Source of the DNA: Alphaproteobacteria bacterium
Lineage (GTDB): Bacteria > Pseudomonadota > Alphaproteobacteria > UBA11222
Assembly (NCBI GenBank): GCA_040081735.1
Contig: JBEBFX010000001.1
Span: 1 to 41,188, forward strand
DNA: 41,188 nt
Direction: 5' to 3'
Both the position numbers and the translations under genes were made by a program. Positions 1 through 9,956 of this stretch are shown in pieces. The first letter of the stretch is position 1, and the number at the start of each line of letters is the position of its first letter. The notes under the pieces are model-generated. The model did not search any database. It worked only from the letters and a program-made list of their open reading frames with translations, and had not been told where the DNA came from.

Positions 1-923
1 ATTGAATAGTCTCCCTGAAGCCACAGTTTATGCCGATTTTTGGCTGCCAAAGCTGCTTTGGCGGTTGCCGGTCCGCCGGAGACGACCAATCCGGGTGCAT
101 AATTTCCCGTGCTTTTGCTATGGTTAACATCGCGGGAGATGAACGGATGCGCCCGCCAATCGATCCGATGGCGCCGGCTAAATGTACCGCCCACCCTGCA
201 AGCGGCAGGTTAAGCGTCCGCGCGCCCATAATCTTTGCCGCTGTCCCGGTGATTTCTTCCCATGAATATCCGTCATGGCGGGCGTCGGATATTTCATACA
301 GCCCGCCGGCGGCGGCGCTGGCGCAGAGCGCCGCAACCGCCTCCGCCACATCGCGGGCATGCACAAGACTTACCCGCGCGCCCGGATTTCCGGGCCGCAG
401 TGACACGCCCAGACTTACCGCCTGCATCAGCGTCAATGTCTCCATATCCCAGGGACCGTAAACCGCTGCGGGGCGCAGTATCGTCCAGTGATGGCGTGGC
501 GCGATTGAGGTCCGGACAATTTCCTCGGCGGCCCGTTTTGTTCCGGCATAGGGCGACAGATGCGGCTCGCGCGCGGCCATGGATGAAATCAGCAACAGAC
601 GTGACGCAGCCATTTCCCCATTTAGCGCCGCCACAAGATTGGCCGTTCCCGCAACGTTTACCTGGTGAAACGCGCGCGCATCGCGGGCCTTGATAAGTCC
701 GGCCGCATGCACAACCCGATCGGCGCCCCGCACCAGAGAACCAAGGGCGCCCTGATCCGAAAGATCACCGGGCACAACTTCAAGCGAGAGATCGGAAAAC
801 TGCTCATGAACCGGATAATTGCGCGCCAGAATACGCACCCGCCAGCCCTGTTGTATCAGCGAACGGACAATGTACCGGCCCAGAAACCCGGTTGCGCCAG
901 TTACCGCAACCAGACCCGTCATG
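1..923 (-). CDS. NAD(P)-dependent epimerase/dehydratase-type SDR; the 3' end runs off the window
   Basis: Absent from the ORF track because there is no stop codon inside the window. My translation from the ATG at 923-921 reads MTGLVAVTGATGFLGRYIVRSLIQQGWRVRILARN (GxxGxxG Rossmann motif), then ...HAAGLIKARD...RPAAVYGPWD. The frame stays open to base 1. The start lies 3 nt after the stop of the upstream gene at 926. Confidence 0.7.
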
Positions 924-925
924 GC

Positions 926-2695
926 CTATGCCAGATGGCGCAAGGGCAAGACGGCCCTGCCGCCGTTCGGCTGGCCGGAGAGATAAAGCTGGCGCGCCTG
1001 GGTCCGGCTGAGTTTTCCCGACGAGGTCTGCGGAAGGCTATGTGGCGCCACCAGCATTACTTCGCAATCCAGCCCCGCTCTGGCGCGTATCGTTTCCATA
1101 ATCGCCTGGCGCAGGCCCTCACGATCACTCTCGCCTGTTTTACGGCACTGCGCCAGTAGAACGACCCGCTCGGCAGCCAGCTCATCCACTGAAAATGCCG
1201 CCACATCGCCGCTGCGCAGGCCGTCCACTTCCTGTTCCACCGCCCATTCCAGATCCTGCGGCCAGACGTTGCGGCCATTAATCAGAATAAGGTCCTTGCT
1301 GCGGCCCGTAATAACCAGGGAACCGCCGCTAAGATAGCCAAGATCGCCGGTCTCAAGCCAGCCATCTGCGGACAGGGCCCGTAATGTTTCTTCCTGATTT
1401 CCGAAATATTCCCGCATCAGGCTTGGCCCGCGCACCATAACCCGTCCAGCATGACGTTCCCCAAGCAGCCGGCCTTCCGGATCGCGTATTTCCAGTTCAT
1501 GGCCAGGCAGCACCGGGCCGCAATACACAAATCTGCGGCTGCGTTCTGCCGCAGCGCCGCCCCCGTTGGTCTTGACGGGGGCCGCCACCGCCGACGCCTC
1601 CAGCTGATCAAGACCGATATGATCGATCTCGATGCCGGTGGCCAGCGGCGCAAAGCTGATCGCCAGGGTTGCTTCCGCCATGCCATAGCTGGCGACGAAA
1701 GCCTGTTTGCGAAATCCGCTATGGGCAAAACTTTCGGCAAATTGCGACAATACGGAATCACGGATCATGTCGCCGCCGATGCCCGCTACCCGCCATCTGG
1801 ACAAATCAAGATTTTCCGGGCGGGCGCCGCTTGCGCCGCGGCGCGCGCACAAATCATATCCAAACGACGGGCTGAACGATAATGTGCCGCCATTGCGTGA
1901 AATCAGCGTCGGCCACACCAGCGGGCGGCGGGCAAATTCCCTGGTCGATACATAATCGACGGACATTTGCGTGGCCGCCGGCACCAGCAAAAACCCGACC
2001 AGTCCCATATCATGATAAAACGGCAGCCACGATACGCAGCGGTCGCTGGCAACTATTTTTAGCCCATGCTGGGCGATGGCGCGGCAATTGCTGAGCAGCG
2101 CCCGCTGTGTCACCGCGACCCCAAGCGGAAACCGGGTGCTGCCGGATGAATATTGCAGATAGGAAAGATGATCGGGCGTGATATCGGGCAGGCGGGCGCC
2201 GTCATCGGCAACCGTATCAAATGCCTCCAGGGCGCCGGCAATCTTAAGCCCCAGTCCGTCTGCTGCCTCCAGCGTCATCTCCAGCAGCGGTCTGGGACAA
2301 AGTGCGGCGCTGGCGCCCGCGTTCAGGATCATCCTGCGAATATGGCTGACATAACCGGCCTTGCCGCCAAACGCCATGGGCAGCGGCATCGGCACCGGCG
2401 CCAGGCCTGCATATTGACAGGCGAAAAATGCACGGACAAAATCGCCGTCCGTATCCGCGAGTATCGCCACGCGTTCGCCCTCGCCCAGTCCGGCGCGGCG
2501 CATTGTTCTGGCAATGCGTTGCGCCTGAACCCGCAATTCGGCATAGCTCAGGGCCTCCAGAAGATCGCCCTTGCCGGAATAGAAATTGAGACCTGCCTGA
2601 CCCTGGGCCGCATAATCCAGCGCCTGCGTTAACGTAGCGAAATCCGCAGGACGAAAAATGCCTCCACCGGGGCTGGCGGGCAGCGCTTCCTTCAT
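926..2695 (-). CDS. AMP-dependent adenylating enzyme (fatty acyl-AMP/acyl-CoA ligase-like)
   Basis: 589-aa ORF with adenylation core motifs LQYSSGSTRFPLGV, GWLETGDLG and SSGKLSR. It is tightly linked to the downstream SDR gene. Confidence 0.7.
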   Translation of the reverse strand: MKEALPASPGGGIFRPADFATLTQALDYAAQGQAGLNFYSGKGDLLEALSYAELRVQAQRIARTMRRAGLGEGERVAILADTDGDFVRAFFACQYAGLAPVPMPLPMAFGGKAGYVSHIRRMILNAGASAALCPRPLLEMTLEAADGLGLKIAGALEAFDTVADDGARLPDITPDHLSYLQYSSGSTRFPLGVAVTQRALLSNCRAIAQHGLKIVASDRCVSWLPFYHDMGLVGFLLVPAATQMSVDYVSTREFARRPLVWPTLISRNGGTLSFSPSFGYDLCARRGASGARPENLDLSRWRVAGIGGDMIRDSVLSQFAESFAHSGFRKQAFVASYGMAEATLAISFAPLATGIEIDHIGLDQLEASAVAAPVKTNGGGAAAERSRRFVYCGPVLPGHELEIRDPEGRLLGERHAGRVMVRGPSLMREYFGNQEETLRALSADGWLETGDLGYLSGGSLVITGRSKDLILINGRNVWPQDLEWAVEQEVDGLRSGDVAAFSVDELAAERVVLLAQCRKTGESDREGLRQAIMETIRARAGLDCEVMLVAPHSLPQTSSGKLSRTQARQLYLSGQPNGGRAVLPLRHLA

Positions 2696-2757
2696 ACTGT
2701 TGTGTCTCCCTGCCCGAGGCAGATTCGGGCCTTAAATAACGAATCCAGCATGTGCTT

Positions 2758-4143
2758 TTACGCTGTCACAGCCTGTTGGCGAAGCCATTTTTCCACGGCG
2801 AAGAGCTGACCGGCAAGATTGGTCAGTGAAGCAATCAGCATGGCAAATCCCGCACCCTCTAATCCCAGCCATGAACATAGAAAGAACATAACTGCTGCAT
2901 ACAGCGCTGTCGTCACGAGCCGCACCTGTAATGCCGCCAGCGCCTGACCGGATGATATCAGCATTGGCTCCAGGGGAAAAGACCCCAGCCGGATCGCAGC
3001 GGCAATCCCCAGCACGGCCATCACGCCATAAGCCGGGACAAAATTCTGCCCGGCTACAACCCGCAGCAGCCAAGGTCCCGCAACGATCAGAACAGCCGCC
3101 AGCAGGCTTGCGCCCACGCCCGCGAGCAGGGCGGCCCGCGCCATAAAGCGGCGCATCTCTGCAATGGCGTTGCGCGCGGCCAGCCGGGCCAGTTCGGGAT
3201 AGATGGTCGGCGTCAACAGCTTGACCGGCGTCGTGATGGCTTCGGTCAATTGCCTGGCTATCCGGTACAGCGCCGCTGCGGGCGCGCCAAGCATGGCCCC
3301 CACCGCCAGGGTGCCGAAATGGGTCAGGACAAGCTGCAAGGTCGTATTGAGATTGGCAGACCAGACAAAGCGCCATACCGTGCGATCCGGCGTCCACCGG
3401 ACAGCTCTGGAACCGGCCGTTTCCTGCTGCGGGACCAACACCCCCTGGCGCCGCAATTCGGCAAAAGCCATAGCGCCCAATACCAGGCAGGGAACGATTT
3501 CGGCGATCACCCAGGTGACCAGATAAGCTTCCAGTCCCGCGCCAAAATATAGCGCCAGGGCCGTCCCCAGCAGCTTGATCAGCGCGCCAAGGCTGCTCTG
3601 GGCGGCCGTCAGATCAAAGCGGTCAAATAACCGTAACACCCCGGTTGCCGTGGCAACATCAAAAAATACAATGGAAAACACATAATAAGTGGCCAATTTC
3701 GCGGTATGGGGGTCCCAATCGAACAAATGCTGCGCCAATGGGATACCTGCAAGGGCCACCCCCAGCCCGGCTGCCGCGCCAATCACATCCAGGCGTACTG
3801 AAAACCGCAATATCCGCTGCAAATCCAGTATCCGGCCATCATTGCGGGCTGGCGTGCCATACGACAGCACGGCCTGCCAGGATTGAAATTTTGTAATGTC
3901 GCCAACTGCCTGGGTATAGGTGTGGATCAGAATCAGGGTGCCGAAAGCCTCAAGGCTCAGGCCTCGGGCCGCAAGGGCCAGATAGCCAATGCCAAACAGG
4001 GCCGTTACCGCCTTGCCCCCCATAAGCAGTGAAGCATTGCTTAACAGACGCCGCAGCAATGTATCCGCAGTCCAGCTCTTCCAGACAGGGCGAAACCCCT
4101 TGCCAGACCGGTCGACGCCCTTTTCGGTATCGTCCTGCACCAT
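2758..4143 (-). CDS. Polysaccharide/LPS biosynthesis flippase-like multi-pass membrane protein (MOP/Wzx-like)
   Basis: 461-aa ORF that is hydrophobic throughout, with more than 10 predicted TM segments by eye. The N-terminal LLSNASLLMGGKAVTALFG pattern is typical of Wzx-type proteins. Confidence 0.6.
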   Translation of the reverse strand: MVQDDTEKGVDRSGKGFRPVWKSWTADTLLRRLLSNASLLMGGKAVTALFGIGYLALAARGLSLEAFGTLILIHTYTQAVGDITKFQSWQAVLSYGTPARNDGRILDLQRILRFSVRLDVIGAAAGLGVALAGIPLAQHLFDWDPHTAKLATYYVFSIVFFDVATATGVLRLFDRFDLTAAQSSLGALIKLLGTALALYFGAGLEAYLVTWVIAEIVPCLVLGAMAFAELRRQGVLVPQQETAGSRAVRWTPDRTVWRFVWSANLNTTLQLVLTHFGTLAVGAMLGAPAAALYRIARQLTEAITTPVKLLTPTIYPELARLAARNAIAEMRRFMARAALLAGVGASLLAAVLIVAGPWLLRVVAGQNFVPAYGVMAVLGIAAAIRLGSFPLEPMLISSGQALAALQVRLVTTALYAAVMFFLCSWLGLEGAGFAMLIASLTNLAGQLFAVEKWLRQQAVTA

Positions 4144-4308
4144 TCATCCTTTGCGTTCTCCCGGCCCGGGCCATCCTCCCTATACAGCAGCCCGCTGGCG
4201 GGCGGCAAACATTACATAATTATTATTTCAGCCTGAATCCTGTCGTGCTACACAGATCAAGGACGCGTTGGCAAAACACGCGGCGCGGTCTTGGGCATTC
4301 GGGGTTTC

Positions 4309-5076
4309 ATGAAAGCAATCATCTTAAGCGCGGGACAGGGGCGGCGGCTATTGCCCTACACGGCCAACCTCCCGAAATGTCTGGTGCCCATTGGCGGGCG
4401 GCCGCTTTTGGAATGGCAATTACGCAGCCTGCATGGGTGCGGTATTACCGAAGCCGTCATCGTCACTGGTTTCATGTCAGAAGCGGTAGACGCATTTGCA
4501 AGTCAAACACATTTTCCGGGCCTTGGGGTCCGCACCTTCTTTAATCCATTTTTTGCGGTGGCCGATAATTTGGCCAGCCTGTATCTGGCGGCGGATGAAT
4601 TGCGCAATGGCGGCATTATTCTCAATGGCGACACCCTGTTTGAACCGGCCGTACTCGACAAATTAATCGGCGAAGCGCAGGCGCCCGTAAACGTCACGAT
4701 CGACCGTAAATCCCGTTATGATGACGATGACATGAAGGTGCAGACTGATGGCCTTCGCCTGTGCGCCATCGGCAAGACATTGCCCATGGATGAAACCGAC
4801 GGCGAATCAATCGGCATGCTGCGGCTTAAGCCAGACGGCGCCGCCCTGATGAAATCCGCGATGGAAACGGTATTGCGCGATACGGATGGCTTCCGGCGCT
4901 GGTATTTATCCGCCGTTGACAGGCTGGCGAAAAATGATTTTGGCTCGGTCGCTGCGGTATCCATCGAGGGACTGCGCTGGTGTGAGGTGGATTGCCCCGC
5001 TGACATGTCGCGCGCCGAAACCCTGGTGCGCGGGCTAGCCGCAGAGCAGAAAAAATCCAGAAGCGCTTCGGCCTGA
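4309..5076 (+). CDS. Sugar-/choline-phosphate nucleotidyltransferase (NTP_transferase fold)
   Basis: MKAIILSAGQGRRLLPYTANLPKCLVPIGGRPLLEWQL is the canonical G-x-G-x-R-L nucleotidyltransferase N-terminus. The track ORF begins at TTG 4291, but the ATG at 4309 is more likely. Confidence 0.65.
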   Translation: MKAIILSAGQGRRLLPYTANLPKCLVPIGGRPLLEWQLRSLHGCGITEAVIVTGFMSEAVDAFASQTHFPGLGVRTFFNPFFAVADNLASLYLAADELRNGGIILNGDTLFEPAVLDKLIGEAQAPVNVTIDRKSRYDDDDMKVQTDGLRLCAIGKTLPMDETDGESIGMLRLKPDGAALMKSAMETVLRDTDGFRRWYLSAVDRLAKNDFGSVAAVSIEGLRWCEVDCPADMSRAETLVRGLAAEQKKSRSASA

Positions 5077-5097
5077 GGCCGGTCGATCTAATAATTT

Positions 5098-5244
5098 AGC
5101 AGGCTGCTGAAAAACCCTTCTTTTTGCCATCCTGAGCGGCCCGCTGCGCCAGCGCTTGCGCGTCGAGAGCGAAGGATCTCAGAGGTGCTGGAAACGCTGG
5201 AGATCCTTCAGTCGCTACGCGCCATCAGGATGACAATTCCGGGT
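5098..5244. repeat. Hairpin MITE-like element, copy 1 (right terminal repeat truncated)
   Basis: Aligns almost base for base with 38437-38601: caggctgctgaaaaaccc ... catcctgagcg ... cgaaggatctcagagg ... ggagatccttcagtcgctacgcgccatcaggatgacaattccgggt. It contains the internal inverted repeat gaaggatctc/gagatccttc. Confidence 0.75.
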
Positions 5245-6015
5245 CAAAATCCGCGAGACGAGCGCCAGATCGGCGGGCTTGTCCACATCAATGGCCGCTT
5301 CCGCATAAGGCAGACGCACCACCGCAAGCCTTGCGCCGCAACGCCTGCCAAGCGCATCCAATGCGTGCGTCAGATCAAGCCTGCCCGTGACAAACCGCAC
5401 CAGGGTCCCAAACCCCAGCGTCATGATCAGGCGCAGCGGGCGCTTGCGATTGGTCTCCATCTGCCGCCAGAACGAAACCACCCCTTTGGCGTTCGGGCTT
5501 TGTAATAGAAATAAATTCGCGCCGCTGAACGCCACGTCCCGGAACCGCAGATAGGTGCGCACTGTTTCCGGGTAGGCCGCGTGAATAACCGATTCCTCCA
5601 CCACCGCCGACGTTGCGTCCCCATCTTCGGGCGCATGGTCAAGCAGATGGCTGATCATCTCTTCGCGCAGCAACGGGTGATCCGCCGTTGTCACCAGCAG
5701 CGGCCACGCCGTGCCGGCAGCGTGTATCGCCGCCAGCACACTTTCGCCCGGCGTCCCCGCCGCCGGGATCAGCCGCACGCGCCCGGCCGCACTCCACGCG
5801 GCAATCTGCGGCAATGCCAGCGCCAGTTCCGCCCGATCCATGGAAATCAGAATTTCGCCTATGCGATCACAGCCCAGCAACGCCTCTATTACCCGCTCCA
5901 GCATCGGCTTGCCGCCAACCGGGATCAGCGCCTTGTTCGCGACGCCATTGGCAATGCACAGGGCGTCCGGCGCGCCGCGGCTGCCCGCCAAAACAATAGC
6001 CGCGCATTTCATCAC
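5215..6015 (-). CDS. MobA-like nucleotidyltransferase family protein
   Basis: 266-aa ORF. AAIVLAGSRG...NKALIPVGGKPMLERVIEAL matches the NTP_transf_3-type N-terminus. The last ~10 codons (TRNCHPDGA-stop) lie inside the MITE copy at 5098-5244. Confidence 0.55.
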   Translation of the reverse strand: MMKCAAIVLAGSRGAPDALCIANGVANKALIPVGGKPMLERVIEALLGCDRIGEILISMDRAELALALPQIAAWSAAGRVRLIPAAGTPGESVLAAIHAAGTAWPLLVTTADHPLLREEMISHLLDHAPEDGDATSAVVEESVIHAAYPETVRTYLRFRDVAFSGANLFLLQSPNAKGVVSFWRQMETNRKRPLRLIMTLGFGTLVRFVTGRLDLTHALDALGRRCGARLAVVRLPYAEAAIDVDKPADLALVSRILTRNCHPDGA

Positions 6016-7142
6016 AGGGATTTGCCATAGATGCGATAGGTCTTATACGGCTTTGCGCCAAATTTTCTGAGGATATGCCGCATCGGCAAATTGTCTTCCA
6101 GTATCCACGACAGCTCTACCTGACGAAACCCCATTTCCATCGCCGCATCCCACACCGATGCGATCAGATGCATCGGCATGGCCGCGCCTGCCATTGTGCC
6201 CGATACGCTGCGCCGCACCCCCATCAGGGGAACCCGGGCGCTGGTCACGCCGCGCACCTTCAGCCGCCACAGAAATTTTGCCCAGCCAAACGGCAGCAGA
6301 TTTCCCCGCAGATCATGCAGGGCTTCATTGATGTTGGGCAGCACGACAATAAATCCCGCCGCCTTGCCGCCGACTTCCGCAAAACGCACCAGCCGCTTGT
6401 CCAGCAGCAGCCGCAGATGTTTGCCGAGCGCGGATGTTTCGGCCTGGGTCATGGGCACAAAGCCCCAGTTGCCGCTCCAGGAATCGTTGAAAATATCCAC
6501 CAGAGTCTGAATTTCATTTTCATAATTGGAAAAATCCAGGCCGCGCAGCACGACATTCCCGGCCGGCAAACGGCGCAGCATCGCCGCGCCGGATTTTGAC
6601 ATTGGCTGGGTCAGATCCGCCAGATAGGCATGCATGTCTTTTTCCTTGGCAAGACCAAGGCGCTCCAGATGCGGCCCGGCATAGGCCCGGTCATGCCCCA
6701 TCATCAGCATGGGGGGGGTGTCAAACCCCTCCACCAGCAAACCCGTCTCTTCTTTAACCGACATGCTGAAGGGCCCCAGCATCCGGGTTGCGCCCCGGTC
6801 CCGCAAAAAAGTCTCCGCAGCCTGGAACAGGGCCGCAAAAACGCCGGCGTCGTCAATGGCGCTGATACAGCCAAAATGCCCAACATCCGCCATGGCGCCG
6901 GATTTCAACAGCGGATCAATCTGCGCGCTGATCCGCCCTGCATCCCTGCCGTCTTTTTGCGCAAGAAACAGGCCCACGTCCGAACGCCTGAAAAAATCAT
7001 TGTGACGCGATGAAAAACTCTGGGCGCGTTCCATCCGCAGGGGCGGGATCCACAGGGGATCGTCCCGATGCACCGTATACGGAACTTCAATAAAGCGCCG
7101 CATCAGTTTTTTTCCGCTTACGGGAATAATGGTAACGCTCAC
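6012..7142 (-). CDS. Conserved GNAT-like acyltransferase-fold protein (function unknown)
   Basis: 376-aa ORF with a 4-nt overlap with the downstream gene and 5 nt from the lptG stop. The pattern FIEVPYTVHRDDPLWIPPL...WGFVPMT...VELSWILEDN recalls a conserved alphaproteobacterial N-acyltransferase-like family. This assignment is from memory only. Confidence 0.4.
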   Translation of the reverse strand: MSVTIIPVSGKKLMRRFIEVPYTVHRDDPLWIPPLRMERAQSFSSRHNDFFRRSDVGLFLAQKDGRDAGRISAQIDPLLKSGAMADVGHFGCISAIDDAGVFAALFQAAETFLRDRGATRMLGPFSMSVKEETGLLVEGFDTPPMLMMGHDRAYAGPHLERLGLAKEKDMHAYLADLTQPMSKSGAAMLRRLPAGNVVLRGLDFSNYENEIQTLVDIFNDSWSGNWGFVPMTQAETSALGKHLRLLLDKRLVRFAEVGGKAAGFIVVLPNINEALHDLRGNLLPFGWAKFLWRLKVRGVTSARVPLMGVRRSVSGTMAGAAMPMHLIASVWDAAMEMGFRQVELSWILEDNLPMRHILRKFGAKPYKTYRIYGKSL

Positions 7143-7146
7143 AGAT

Positions 7147-8238
7147 CTATCCTTCGCGGTGCGCCAAAATGCTCGACGTGGCCAGCATAAATATCAGCAC
7201 GGGTCCCCCAACAGCCAGCACCGGCGGCATAACGCCTGATTCTCCTAATGACCGGAAGACCCCGCTGGCCAGCAGATAACCAAATCCCGCCGCAAGCGCC
7301 ACCGCCATATCCCGGGCCCGCGAGGGATACCGCGAAGTGCCAAGCGCCAGCGGCGCTGCCGCCAGCAGCATGATCATCGGCACAAACGGGGCGGCCAGCG
7401 CTTCATAAAAATTAGTCAGATAATAACCAGGGCTGTTGCCGCCTGCCCATATTTTTGCCTCCGGCAAGCCCGGCTGATGCAGACGGACACGGGCATTAAG
7501 AATTGTCGCCGAAAGAATGTCTACCGGCTCGGGGCCATCGGCCAGCGTTAAGGCGCCAGCCTGCGCCTTCGACGCTCCCTCGCGATTGATGGACCGGGCC
7601 GTCACCCCGTCAAACTGCCAGACGCCATCAATCAGGCGGCCCGTGCGGGCCGTTGCATGGCTTACGATCCGGCCGTCTGGCCCGCGCCGGATAAGGGTCA
7701 CATGCTGCATTCGCCGGCCTTCGTCCTCTGCGCGCTCGAACCCCATGATCATCGGTCCGGAACTGATCCAGTACGCGGCCTGCCCCGGCATGCCCGCCGC
7801 GCCGGTGTCAAGGTCCGCCTGTGCTGCCGGTTCTGGTTCGCGCAGCATTTCGTGCACCAGAATTTCCGTATAGGGCGCTGCAACGAAACGCACCCCAAAA
7901 TACACCAGACCGATGACCAGGGTAACCGGGGCCAGCCGCCCCACAATCCAGTAGATCGTCATACCCGAGCTGCGCATGGCGACAATCTCGTTATGCACGG
8001 CAAGATTTCCAAACGTAATCAGCGCGCCGATCAAAGTGGCGATTGGAACCACACTGGCGGCAATCGATGGCATGATCAGGGCGGCATAACTGCCCAGATC
8101 ACCCAGACGGCCGTCCCTCGCAATCACCGCATTCCCGTTGTCAAGCAGGTCCAGCAGTTCGGCCAGCGCGCCCAGCGCCAGCAGCGCCACCCCAACGCTC
8201 AGCGCAAAAATTCGCGTCAGATACAAGGCAAATGTCAT
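7147..8238 (-). CDS. lptG: LPS export ABC transporter permease LptG
   Basis: 363-aa YjgP/YjgQ-type permease: an N-terminal TM bundle, a periplasmic beta-rich insert and C-terminal TMs. It is the second gene of the pair and overlaps lptF by 4 nt. Confidence 0.75.
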   Translation of the reverse strand: MTFALYLTRIFALSVGVALLALGALAELLDLLDNGNAVIARDGRLGDLGSYAALIMPSIAASVVPIATLIGALITFGNLAVHNEIVAMRSSGMTIYWIVGRLAPVTLVIGLVYFGVRFVAAPYTEILVHEMLREPEPAAQADLDTGAAGMPGQAAYWISSGPMIMGFERAEDEGRRMQHVTLIRRGPDGRIVSHATARTGRLIDGVWQFDGVTARSINREGASKAQAGALTLADGPEPVDILSATILNARVRLHQPGLPEAKIWAGGNSPGYYLTNFYEALAAPFVPMIMLLAAAPLALGTSRYPSRARDMAVALAAGFGYLLASGVFRSLGESGVMPPVLAVGGPVLIFMLATSSILAHREG

Positions 8239-9455
8239 GCCGGATTTTTGCTTTCGGGACGTAATGCGCCCGCCAGCCCGCTGACAAGCCCCTCAATCCC
8301 GGCGAAAATGGAATCGAAGGGATTGCCGCCCGGCGAGGCGTCGGTGCGATGAAACGTCAGAATACAAAATCCGGCGAACAGCGCAAACGGCAGCCATATC
8401 GCCATGAGCGGAGAAAACATCCCGCGCTCTACCAGGCTTCCCCCCAGCTGTATCATATGATGATAAAGCACAAGGATCAGACCCCCCGCCGCAATACCCG
8501 TGGCGCGGCTCGCGCGCTGGCTGGCCATGCCCATGGCCATGGCCAGTAATGGCAACAGGGGCAGTGACGCCGCGCGCGCCAGACGGGTATGAAATTCAGC
8601 CGATAATCCGGCGTGCGCCGCGCCCGGGGGTGTTTCGTCCATAAGCCGCCATATTTCGTTGAGCGTCAACTCGCGCCCATCCTTGCCGCGGGCGCGGAAC
8701 GGGGCCGCGTCAAAGGCAAAATCGCGGCCAAAGGTGACGCTGGTAAAACTAACCGTCAGGGTCTCGGCATTTTTCCTGATGGTGGTGCGCGCGCCTTCCC
8801 GCAGCACCAGTTGCAGCCGCGTATGGCTGCCGTCAACCAGCAGCGCGCCGCTTTGCGCCGTCGTCAGTATTTCCGTGCCGTCCCGCGCTTCGCGGATGAA
8901 TATTCCGGCCAGGTGGCGCCCCGTCGCATCGACTTCGTCCGCATAAATCGTCAGCCCGTCACCCAGTTTGGCGAATACCCGTTCACTCAGCGTCGCATTC
9001 CAGGCCGTCGTCGTGACCACATGAATGATTTCGCGATACAGATAACGGCTATAGGGCTGAATATACCCAAACAGCGCGATACTGATAAAGGCAAACCCCA
9101 CCCCGATCATGACCAGCGGGCGGACGATGCGATACAAGGAGAGCCCGGCGCCGCTTATGGTGACGAATTCATTGTTGGAATCGAATCTGGATATCACCAC
9201 AAACAGGCTGATAAAAAATGTCGCAGGCAGCGCCAGCCCCAGATAATGCGGCAGCAGATTCATCGTCAGCTGGAACACCAGCTCCAGCGGGCCGCCATGA
9301 CTGGTTAACAGTTCCAGCAGCCGCAAGGTGCGTTCCAGCAACAGGGCCGCCAGCGTAATCATCAGCGAAAACAACAATGGCCGGGAGGTTTCGCGCACAA
9401 GATAAAAAGTGATCAGGCCGGTTGCCGCACCCTTTCCGGTCACGCGGCGCGCCAC
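8235..9455 (-). CDS. lptF: LPS export ABC transporter permease LptF
   Basis: 406-aa YjgP/YjgQ-type permease (ITFYLVRETSRPLLFSL...). The start is ambiguous: GTG at 9455, or GTG at 9443, which forms a GTGA overlap with the HIT gene stop. Confidence 0.75.
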   Translation of the reverse strand: MARRVTGKGAATGLITFYLVRETSRPLLFSLMITLAALLLERTLRLLELLTSHGGPLELVFQLTMNLLPHYLGLALPATFFISLFVVISRFDSNNEFVTISGAGLSLYRIVRPLVMIGVGFAFISIALFGYIQPYSRYLYREIIHVVTTTAWNATLSERVFAKLGDGLTIYADEVDATGRHLAGIFIREARDGTEILTTAQSGALLVDGSHTRLQLVLREGARTTIRKNAETLTVSFTSVTFGRDFAFDAAPFRARGKDGRELTLNEIWRLMDETPPGAAHAGLSAEFHTRLARAASLPLLPLLAMAMGMASQRASRATGIAAGGLILVLYHHMIQLGGSLVERGMFSPLMAIWLPFALFAGFCILTFHRTDASPGGNPFDSIFAGIEGLVSGLAGALRPESKNPA

Positions 9456-9937
9456 TTCGCGCGCAATGTCTGCACAAGTTCCGCCTGCGCGTCCGGCGGA
9501 AACTGAACCGCCTGATCCAGGCGCGGCGGCCCGGGCCAGCCCGCATCCGGCAGGCTGTGCCCGCGATGTTCGCGTGCGCCTTCATAACGGGGAATGACAT
9601 GAAAATGCACATCCGGGTCAACCATCATCAACATCAGATAATTGATTTTCTGATATTGCACCGCCCCCGCCAGCAACCGTTCGATATTCTTCAGCACCGG
9701 CTGCAGCGCCGCCATTGCCGGGGCGCTGACGTCTCCGAACGCCGTTACCGGCTCGCGGCAAACCAGCACCAGCGATCCAAAAGTCACCTGCTGGGGGCGC
9801 AACAGCACCAGCCATTCGGGGGTTTCGGCAATGCAGGTCCCCGGATACCCGAACTTGCTGGCGGTCGGTGAAACTGCTGGGGCGTCTGGCATGGCGATTC
9901 GTCCGGGCATTGTTGCGGGAGATCGAGTATAAGCCAA
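9440..9937 (-). CDS. HIT-family hydrolase
   Basis: 165-aa ORF carrying the histidine-triad motif in MMVDPDVHFHVIPRY. It is the first gene of the minus-strand operon that includes lptF and lptG. Confidence 0.7.
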   Translation of the reverse strand: MAYTRSPATMPGRIAMPDAPAVSPTASKFGYPGTCIAETPEWLVLLRPQQVTFGSLVLVCREPVTAFGDVSAPAMAALQPVLKNIERLLAGAVQYQKINYLMLMMVDPDVHFHVIPRYEGAREHRGHSLPDAGWPGPPRLDQAVQFPPDAQAELVQTLRAKWRAA

Positions 9938-9956
9938 GCTTGACCTCCACTTCCAC

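Noticed and set aside
2732-3397. 221-aa minus-strand ORF overlapping the flippase gene in another frame
   Set aside because: It is on the same strand as the 461-aa multi-TM protein but out of frame, and its composition is Gly/Arg/Ala-rich and non-membrane. The flippase frame explains the region.
5069-5081. CGGCC-TGA-GGCCG hairpin at the stop of the LicC-like gene, considered as a terminator
   Set aside because: It has only a 5-bp stem and no T-tract. The adjacent long MITE hairpin is the more plausible 3'-end structure.
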